Positions 56,927-64,000 of a DNA stretch of 64,000 nt are shown here, in pieces. Under the pieces are notes generated by a model. That model ran no database searches, was not told where the DNA came from, and was given only the letters and a program-made list of their open reading frames with translations. Made by a program: the position numbers and the translations under genes. Source of the DNA: Alphaproteobacteria bacterium (GTDB lineage: Bacteria; Pseudomonadota; Alphaproteobacteria; UBA6615); NCBI GenBank assembly GCA_038137215.1, contig JAYQBG010000007.1, positions 41,403 through 105,402 of the forward strand. Reading direction: 5' to 3'. Positions within the stretch are counted from its first letter, which is position 1; each line of letters opens with the position of its first letter.

Positions 56927-58852
56927 CTACCGGAAGAACCCAAGCAGGAACCAGGTCGCCAACAACACCAGTCCGATCAGCATGGCAAAGGCATAGTGAT
57001 ATACGAAACCCGACTGAAGGCGGCTCGCTCGGCCGGCAAGATCACGGGTCGCAGCGGCAATACCGTCGGGACCAACACCATCGATCACAGCTCCATCACC
57101 TGATTTCCAGAGCCCGCGGCCCAGAACGAAGGACGGGCGCACAAACAGGCGGTCATAGAGCTCATCGAAAAACCACTTATTGTACACAAATCGGTGGAGC
57201 GGGCGGATGCGCGCCACAAAGGCTGCAGGCCAGTCCGGCTTGAGGATGTACATCACGAAGGCCCCCAGAATACCGGCGATGCCGACAGCGATGGGAAGCA
57301 GCTTGACCCACTTCTCTACATGATGCGCGTCTTCGATAACCGTGGTCAGCATCAGGATCGAATTGCCCCAGAAGGCATCCATGCTGTCTCCCACGAAGTA
57401 CTCCTTCGCGAGGAAACCCGAGAACACCGCGCCCAGCGCCAGCACCAGCAAGGGTGCAATCATCACGGGCGGAGATTCGTGCGCATGATCATAGGTGTGG
57501 TCATCCGCGCGCGTGCGGCCATGGAAGGTAAGGAACAACAACCGCCAGGAGTAGAAGGCGGTCATCAAGGCTGCCGCGATACCGGCCCAGAACGCATAAA
57601 GTCCCAAGCCGGTGTGCGCGGCAAAGGCTGATTCCAGAATCATGTCTTTCGAATAGAACCCGGCGAAGAACGGAACGCCCGCCAGAGCCAGGCTGCCGAT
57701 CCACATTAGAACCGCCGTGACCTTCATCTTCGAGAACAGGCCGCCCATCATGCGCATATCCTGCTCGTCATCCATGCCATGGATCACGCTGCCCGCGCCG
57801 AGGAAGAGCAAGGCCTTGAAGAAGGCATGGGTCATAAGGTGGAAAATCGCTGCCGGATAAGCTCCCACGCCAAGGGCGAAGAACATGTAGCCCAGCTGGG
57901 AACAGGTCGAATAGGCAATCACCCGCTTGATATCGAACTGGGTTAGCCCGATGGTCGCGGCGAAGAAGGCCGTGGTGCCGCCGATCACGACCACAACGCT
58001 CAACGCGATCGGTGCGAATTCGAACATGGGGGACAGGCGCGCGACCATGAAGACGCCGGCCGTCACCATGGTCGCCGCGTGGATCAGCGCAGAAACAGGG
58101 GTTGGGCCTTCCATGGCGTCTGGCAGCCAGGTGTGCAGGCCGATCTGCGCCGACTTGCCCATCGCACCGATAAACAACAGCAGACACAGCGTGGTCAGGA
58201 TATCCACATCCATGCTCAGGAAGCTGAAGGACTGGCCGGCAATGTTCGGCGCTTCCTTGAACACGGCATCGAAATTGAGCGTTCCGAACACGAAGAAGAC
58301 GCCGAGAATGCCCAGCATAAACCCGAAATCGCCAACCCGGTTGACCACGAAGGCCTTGATGGCGGCTGCATTGGCGGAGGGACGGTCGAACCAGAATCCG
58401 ATCAGGAGGTAGGACATAAGCCCCACGCCCTCCCAGCCGAAGAACATCTGAACGAAGTTGTCCGCCGTCACCAGCATCAGCATGAAGAACGTGAACAGGC
58501 TGAGATAGGCCATGAACCGCGGCTTTGACGGATCATGGGACATGTATCCGACCGAATAGACATGGACCATCGACGAAACGACGTTCACCACGAAGACCAT
58601 GACAGCGGTCAGGGTGTCGAAACGCAGCGCCCAGCTGAGTTCGAGTGTGCCGGAGTCGATCCAGGTGAACAGGCGAATGGTCTGTTCATTGCCCTGGAAG
58701 CCCACATCCCAGAGCAGATAGCAGGACAGCGCGGCCGCAACGAGCATCGGCAGCACAGTCACGAGTTGAGAGGCCCGGTCGCCCATGCGGGCACCAAAGA
58801 GCCCTGCTATGACGCCGCCGATCAGCGGCAGGAAGATCGCGAGTTCGATCAT
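56927..58852 (-). CDS. nuoL: NADH-quinone oxidoreductase subunit L
   Basis: 641 aa. Confidence 0.95.
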   Translation of the reverse strand: MIELAIFLPLIGGVIAGLFGARMGDRASQLVTVLPMLVAAALSCYLLWDVGFQGNEQTIRLFTWIDSGTLELSWALRFDTLTAVMVFVVNVVSSMVHVYSVGYMSHDPSKPRFMAYLSLFTFFMLMLVTADNFVQMFFGWEGVGLMSYLLIGFWFDRPSANAAAIKAFVVNRVGDFGFMLGILGVFFVFGTLNFDAVFKEAPNIAGQSFSFLSMDVDILTTLCLLLFIGAMGKSAQIGLHTWLPDAMEGPTPVSALIHAATMVTAGVFMVARLSPMFEFAPIALSVVVVIGGTTAFFAATIGLTQFDIKRVIAYSTCSQLGYMFFALGVGAYPAAIFHLMTHAFFKALLFLGAGSVIHGMDDEQDMRMMGGLFSKMKVTAVLMWIGSLALAGVPFFAGFYSKDMILESAFAAHTGLGLYAFWAGIAAALMTAFYSWRLLFLTFHGRTRADDHTYDHAHESPPVMIAPLLVLALGAVFSGFLAKEYFVGDSMDAFWGNSILMLTTVIEDAHHVEKWVKLLPIAVGIAGILGAFVMYILKPDWPAAFVARIRPLHRFVYNKWFFDELYDRLFVRPSFVLGRGLWKSGDGAVIDGVGPDGIAAATRDLAGRASRLQSGFVYHYAFAMLIGLVLLATWFLLGFFR

Positions 58853-58859
58853 GTGCCGC

Positions 58860-59174
58860 TTAACCCTTCATCATATTGATATCTTCCACCGCGATAGAGC
58901 CACGGTTTCGGAAATAGACAACGAGAATTGCCAAACCGATGGCCGCTTCCGCAGCGGCCACGGTCAACACGAACAGGGCAAAGGCCTGCCCCGTCAGATC
59001 ATTCAGATGCGCAGAAAACGCGATGAAATTGATGTTCACGGCGAGCAGCATCAACTCGACCGACATCAGGATAATGATCACGTTCTTGCGGTTCAGGAAA
59101 ATCCCGAAAATGCCGAGCGTGAACAAAATCGCTCCGACGGTCAGATAATGAGAGAGACCGATTTCCAGCATCAC
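58860..59174 (-). CDS. nuoK: NADH-quinone oxidoreductase subunit K
   Basis: About 102 aa with three TM helices. Confidence 0.93.
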   Translation of the reverse strand: MMLEIGLSHYLTVGAILFTLGIFGIFLNRKNVIIILMSVELMLLAVNINFIAFSAHLNDLTGQAFALFVLTVAAAEAAIGLAILVVYFRNRGSIAVEDINMMKG

Positions 59175-59786
59175 ACGCCACTCCCCGTCGTGATATCGCG
59201 GACCTCGATCACGTCGTCACGCTTGCGCTCGACCTGGTCACCAATTTTCTGACGGCGCACATCCGGCCGGTGACGCAGGGTCAGTACAATCGCACCGATC
59301 ATGGCGACCAGCAGGACCAGGCCTGAGGCCTGGAAGAGATACACATAGTCGGTATAGATCAGCTGGCCGAGCGCATGGGTGTTCGTCACACCGCCCGCCG
59401 GCAATGTCGGTGCTGCCAGTGTCTGCGCGGCTTCGGGCGAGACAGCCCAACTTCCAAAGATCAGCACCAGTTCGGCTGCGAGGATGATACCGATCATGCC
59501 GCCGATCGGCAGATACTGCAGGAACCCATCACGCAATTCGGAAAAGTTGATGTCCAACATCATGACGACGAAAAGGAACAAGACGGCCACGGCGCCCACA
59601 TAGACGACCACCAGGATCATCGCCAGGAACTCGGCACCGATCAGCACGAACAGGCCAGCAGAATTGAAAAAGGCCAGAATCAGAAACAGTACCGAATGGA
59701 CCGGATTTCGCGCCGAGATCACCATCACGGCAGATGCCACGGCCACGGCCGCAAACAGGTAAAAGGCGAGCGCCTGAACTATCACG
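59171..59786 (-). CDS. nuoJ: NADH-quinone oxidoreductase subunit J
   Basis: A GTG start at 59786 gives [16 protein letters not shown]..., preceded by a GGGGGGA Shine-Dalgarno; the longer ORF would overlap nuoI. Confidence 0.9.
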
Positions 59787-59807
59787 TCAAATCCCCCCCG
59801 ACCCGGC

Positions 59808-60296
59808 CTAGCGATACGGCGCATCGGCGGCAAGCGCCGTGGCGATTTCAGATTCCCAACGATCTCCGTTCAACAGGAGTTTCTCCTTGTCGTACATCAG
59901 CTCTTCGCGGGTTTCCGTCGCAAACTCGAAGTTGGGACCTTCGACAATCGCATCCACAGGGCAGGCTTCCTGACAAAAGCCGCAATAGATGCACTTGGTC
60001 ATATCGATGTCGTAACGCGTGGTGCGACGTGAATTGTCTTCCCGCGGTTCGGCTTCGATCGTGATGGCCTGCGCCGGGCAAATGGCCTCACAAAGTTTAC
60101 AGGCGATGCAGCGCTCTTCCCCATTGGGATAGCGACGCAGAGCGTGTTCCCCGCGAAAGCGCGGACTGATCGGCCCCTTTTCATAGGGATAGTTGATCGT
60201 CACCTTCGGCTTGAAGAAATACTTCAGGGTGAGCCACAGGCCGGAGACAATCTCAGTCAGCAGAAGCGAGCGCGCGGTACGGTCGAGCATGGCCAT
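59808..60296 (-). CDS. nuoI: NADH-quinone oxidoreductase subunit I (2x[4Fe-4S])
   Basis: [12 protein letters not shown] and [12 protein letters not shown] motifs. Confidence 0.95.
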   Translation of the reverse strand: MAMLDRTARSLLLTEIVSGLWLTLKYFFKPKVTINYPYEKGPISPRFRGEHALRRYPNGEERCIACKLCEAICPAQAITIEAEPREDNSRRTTRYDIDMTKCIYCGFCQEACPVDAIVEGPNFEFATETREELMYDKEKLLLNGDRWESEIATALAADAPYR

Positions 60297-60316
60297 GAAG
60301 TCTCTCTTTCCCGCCC

Positions 60317-61336
60317 CTAGTTCACAATGCCCGGATACCAGTCGAACACGACAATGGCACCGGCCGTGATGACCACCCAGGCGAGCGAAAGCGGCAGAAA
60401 GACCTTCCAGCCCAGGCGCATCAGCTGGTCATAGCGATAACGCGGCAGAGTTGCGCGGACCCAGAGGAACACGAACAACATCAACGCGACTTTCAGGGCG
60501 AACCAGACAATGCCGGGAACCCAGTTGAAGATCGCGATATCAAGCGGCGGCAGCCAGCCACCGAGGAACAGGATAACCGTCATCCCGCTCATCAGGACCA
60601 TATTGGCGTATTCGCCCAGGAAGAAGAGAGCAAACGCCATGGCCGAGTATTCAACGTTGTACCCGGTGACCAGTTCGGCTTCGGCTTCCGGCAGATCAAA
60701 CGGCGCACGGTTGGTTTCCGCCAGCGCCGAGATCACAAAGACGACGAACATGGGCAGAAGCGGAATGAAGAACCAGACATTCTTCTGCGCCAGAACAATG
60801 TCGGTCAGGTTCAGAGAGCCTACCGCCAGCAAAACGGTGATGATCACAAAACCGATCGACACCTCGTAGGAAACCATCTGCGCCGCAGAGCGCAAAGCAC
60901 CCAGAAACGGATATTTCGAGTTCGACGCCCAGCCGGCCATGATGATGCCGTAGACACCCAGTGAACTGATCGCAAAGAGATAGAGAACGCCGACATTGAT
61001 ATCGGAGAGGACCCACCCCTCACTGACCGGGATTACCGCCCAACCGACCATTGCGAGAATGAAGGTGAGCATAGGCGCCATCAGGAACACGACCCGGTTT
61101 GCTCCGGTCGGAATGATAAGTTCCTTGGTCATCAGCTTCAGCGCATCGGCGAAAGGCTGCAGTAGACCGAATGGACCGACCACATTGGGACCCATACGCA
61201 ACTGCATAAGGCCAATCACCTTGCGTTCGGCATAGGTCAGATAGGCCACGACGATCAGCAGCGGAACGACCAGGAACAGGATCTGGATCACGATCCAGAT
61301 CGTCGGCCAGGCGTATGAGGACCAGAACTCAGCCAT
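60317..61336 (-). CDS. nuoH: NADH-quinone oxidoreductase subunit H
   Basis: 339 aa from [16 protein letters not shown]. Confidence 0.95.
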   Translation of the reverse strand: MAEFWSSYAWPTIWIVIQILFLVVPLLIVVAYLTYAERKVIGLMQLRMGPNVVGPFGLLQPFADALKLMTKELIIPTGANRVVFLMAPMLTFILAMVGWAVIPVSEGWVLSDINVGVLYLFAISSLGVYGIIMAGWASNSKYPFLGALRSAAQMVSYEVSIGFVIITVLLAVGSLNLTDIVLAQKNVWFFIPLLPMFVVFVISALAETNRAPFDLPEAEAELVTGYNVEYSAMAFALFFLGEYANMVLMSGMTVILFLGGWLPPLDIAIFNWVPGIVWFALKVALMLFVFLWVRATLPRYRYDQLMRLGWKVFLPLSLAWVVITAGAIVVFDWYPGIVN

Positions 61337-63395
61337 CGGTGCCCGTCCTCTCATCGCCGGCGTTCACGAACTCACGGGTGCAATCGGCCATGGTTTCCGA
61401 GGCCCGGCTGATCGGGTCGGTCATGTAGTAGTTCGCAATCGGGCTCTCGAAGGCTGCGTTGCTCATGGGGCCGGTTGTACCGAACTCACCCCAGGCACAT
61501 GCTTCGACGACATCCACGGTGTTGAAGACCGGGTTGACCTCCGCCAATGCCGTGCGAACATCACCCAGGGTGACGTAGTCGAGCCCAGCATCGAGTTTGT
61601 CGGACAGCGCGCGCAGAATGGCCCAGTCTTCGCGGGCATCACCGGGCGGCTGAACGGCAAGACGGGCCAACTGGACACGGCCTTCGGTGTTCACATACGT
61701 GCCGTTCTTCTCCGTGTAGGCCGCGCCCGGCAGAATGACGTCAGCGCAATGGGCCCCGGCATCCCCGTGATGGCCCTGATAGACGACAAAGGCCTTTTCA
61801 AGCTTCGAGGTATCAATCTCATCGGCGCCGAGCAGATAGACCATGTCGATCTCACCCGCGGCAGCTCCATCGAGAATGGCGTTCGTGTCACGCCCGCCCG
61901 CACCCGGCACAAAGCCAAGATCAAGGCCGCCCACACGCGCGGCTGCCGTGTGAAGGACATTGAAACCGTTCCAGTCTTCGCGAACGACATTGCAGGTTTC
62001 GGCAAGCTTGCGGACCGCCCCGAGGACAGCGTCCCCGTCCTCACGCGTCAGAGCCCCGATGCCGAGGATCACAACCGGGCGCTCGGCGTCCTTCAACACC
62101 GCGGCGAATTCGTGATCACCGGTCGCCAGTGCGGACAGCGTATCCGGTCCGGCGCCGAGATATTCACTCGGATAGCTCAGATCAAGCTGCGGGCCAACAA
62201 TCCCGATTCGGGCGCCGCCGTGCAGCCAGGCCTTGCGCAGGCGGGTGTTGACCAGCGGGGCTTCCCAACGCGGGTTCGTTCCCACGAGCAGGACCGCATC
62301 TGCCCTTTCCAGCGCCGCGATACCGGTATTCATCACATAGCCACTGCGAACATCCGGTGACAGTTTCGCACCGTCCTGACGGCAGTCGAGATTGCTCGAA
62401 CCGAGCGCACTCATCAGTTGCTTGAGCGCGAACATGGATTCGGCATCGCACAAATCCCCGGCGAGTGCCGCGATACGGTCTCCCGATGTGGCTTTGACCT
62501 TTTCCACAATCATCGCGAAAGCATCGTACCAGCTGGCTTCACGCAGCTTGCCGTCTTCGCGGACAAAGGGACGGTCGAGACGCTGACGCATCAGACCGTC
62601 GCAGGCGTAACGCGATTTATCAGCCAGCCATTCCTCGTTCACGTCTTCATTCAGGCGCGGCAGAATTCGAAGAACCTCAGTCTGACGCGAGTCCACCCGG
62701 ATGGCGGAGCCGACCGCATCGAGCACATCGACGGATTCGGTTTTGCTGAGTTCCCAGGGCCGCGAAACGAACGCATAGGGCTTTGAGGTCAGTGCGCCGA
62801 CCGGGCACAGATCGATCACATTGGCGCTCACTTCGGAATCGAGTGACTTCTCGAGATAGGTCGTGATCTCGGCATGTTCGCCGCGTCCCAGCATGCCCAG
62901 TTCCGGCACACCGGCCACTTCGGTTGCGAAGCGCACACAGCGTGTGCAGTGGATGCAGCGGGTCATGATCGTCTTGACCAGCGGCCCCATGTGTTTGTCT
63001 TTGACCGCACGCTTGTTTTCTTCGAACCGGGAACCGTCGCGCCCATAGGCCATAGCCTGATCCTGAAGATCGCACTCGCCGCCCTGATCGCAGATCGGGC
63101 AATCGAGCGGATGGTTGATCAGCAGGAATTCCATGACGCCATTGCGCGCCTTTTTCACCATCTCGGAGTCGGTCTTGATCTCCATGCCATCGGCCACCGG
63201 CAGGGCGCAGGAGGCAGCAGGCTTGGGCGGCCCCGGCGCGACTTCGACCAGGCACATACGGCAATTGCCCGCGACAGAGAGGCGTTCGTGATAACAGAAG
63301 CGAGGGATTTCGACGCCGGCCATCTCGCAGGCCTGCAGGACGGTGATCCCTGCGGGGACTTCGATCTCGGTGCCATCAATCGTTACGTTCGGCAT
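61329..63395 (-). CDS. nuoG: NADH-quinone oxidoreductase subunit G
   Basis: 688 aa; N-terminal 2Fe-2S and 4Fe-4S cysteine motifs. Confidence 0.95.
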   Translation of the reverse strand: MPNVTIDGTEIEVPAGITVLQACEMAGVEIPRFCYHERLSVAGNCRMCLVEVAPGPPKPAASCALPVADGMEIKTDSEMVKKARNGVMEFLLINHPLDCPICDQGGECDLQDQAMAYGRDGSRFEENKRAVKDKHMGPLVKTIMTRCIHCTRCVRFATEVAGVPELGMLGRGEHAEITTYLEKSLDSEVSANVIDLCPVGALTSKPYAFVSRPWELSKTESVDVLDAVGSAIRVDSRQTEVLRILPRLNEDVNEEWLADKSRYACDGLMRQRLDRPFVREDGKLREASWYDAFAMIVEKVKATSGDRIAALAGDLCDAESMFALKQLMSALGSSNLDCRQDGAKLSPDVRSGYVMNTGIAALERADAVLLVGTNPRWEAPLVNTRLRKAWLHGGARIGIVGPQLDLSYPSEYLGAGPDTLSALATGDHEFAAVLKDAERPVVILGIGALTREDGDAVLGAVRKLAETCNVVREDWNGFNVLHTAAARVGGLDLGFVPGAGGRDTNAILDGAAAGEIDMVYLLGADEIDTSKLEKAFVVYQGHHGDAGAHCADVILPGAAYTEKNGTYVNTEGRVQLARLAVQPPGDAREDWAILRALSDKLDAGLDYVTLGDVRTALAEVNPVFNTVDVVEACAWGEFGTTGPMSNAAFESPIANYYMTDPISRASETMADCTREFVNAGDERTGTDG

Positions 63396-63406
63396 CGTTC
63401 GCCCCC

Positions 63407-64000
63407 CTACTCTGCGGCCTGCGCAGGCACAATGCCCTTGCGTTCATTGATCCGGCGCTCGATCTCCGGCCGGAAATGCCGAATCAGCCCCTGAACCGGC
63501 CAGACCCCGCCATCGGCGAGCGCGCAGATCGTGTGGCCCTCGATCTGCTTGGTGACATCCCAAAGCATGTCGATTTCCTCGATTTTCGCGTCACCGCTGA
63601 CCATGCGGGTCATGACCCGATAGACCCAGCCCATGCCTTCGCGGCACGGCGTGCACTGACCACAGCTTTCATGTCGATAGAAGTGGCTCAGGCGCGCAAT
63701 CGCCTCGACGATATCCGTGGACTTGTCCATCACGATCACAGCCGCGGTTCCCAGACCCGTGTTGTGTTCACGCAGGGAGTCGAAATCCATCAGGACATTG
63801 TCGCAGATGCTCTTGGACAGACAGGGTGTCGAGGAACCGCCCGGAATAACCGCAAGCAGATTGTCCCAGCCGCCGCGCACGCCGCCAGCATGCTTTTCAA
63901 TGAGTTCCTTCAACGGAATGCTCATTTCTTCTTCGACATTGCAGGGATTGTTCACGTGACCGGAGATCGAAAAGATCTTCGTGCCCGTATTGTTCTCGCG
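63407..64000 (-). CDS. nuoF: NADH-quinone oxidoreductase subunit F (C-terminal part; N-terminus beyond the window edge)
   Basis: [12 protein letters not shown] is the 4Fe-4S motif of NuoF; the ORF runs off the right end. Confidence 0.9.
   Translation of the reverse strand, partial: RENNTGTKIFSISGHVNNPCNVEEEMSIPLKELIEKHAGGVRGGWDNLLAVIPGGSSTPCLSKSICDNVLMDFDSLREHNTGLGTAAVIVMDKSTDIVEAIARLSHFYRHESCGQCTPCREGMGWVYRVMTRMVSGDAKIEEIDMLWDVTKQIEGHTICALADGGVWPVQGLIRHFRPEIERRINERKGIVPAQAAE

Overview
This is a high-GC (roughly 62-64%) alphaproteobacterial chromosomal core region with gene order conserved across Rhizobiales, Rhodobacterales and Caulobacterales. Almost everything is on the minus strand except two plus-strand operons. 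The order is ftsB-eno-kdsA-pyrG-secG-tpiA (minus); ppiD-like plus trpE (plus, GTGA-coupled); a divergent-deacetylase YibQ-like gene (minus); a seven-gene translationally coupled operon trpG-trpD-trpC-moaC-X1-X2-moeA (plus); lexA with a GAAC-N7-GAAC SOS box; a decayed comEC (minus); gltX-gltA (plus); cupin and glyoxalase I; then the conserved envelope/translation block lpxB-lpxI-lpxA-fabZ-lpxD-skp-bamA-rseP-dxr-cdsA-uppS-frr-pyrH-tsf-rpsB (minus). After that come two small tandem cupins, dnaE, lolD and lolE (both damaged), proS, a membrane adenylate cyclase (apparent frameshift), a small secreted protein, an AzgA-type purine permease, tag, chrA, DUF1467, mce, RNase J, coaX, birA, and NADH dehydrogenase nuoN-M-L-K-J-I-H-G with a partial nuoF running off the right edge. 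I found no rRNA, tRNA, CRISPR, integrase, transposase or phage genes. Long ORFs antisense to conserved genes are GC-shadow artefacts. I did not recognise a defence-island-like multigene system. The most unusual locus is a pair of paralogous, uncharacterised four-transmembrane proteins (X1 and X2) inserted by precise ATGA overlaps between moaC and moeA. One copy is about 43% GC against a roughly 63% background. The other recurring theme is several independent inactivating lesions in otherwise conserved genes: comEC has two in-frame TAG codons plus frameshifts, lolD has an internal out-of-frame deletion, lolE lacks TM1 through a frameshift, and the cyclase is split at an A5 run.
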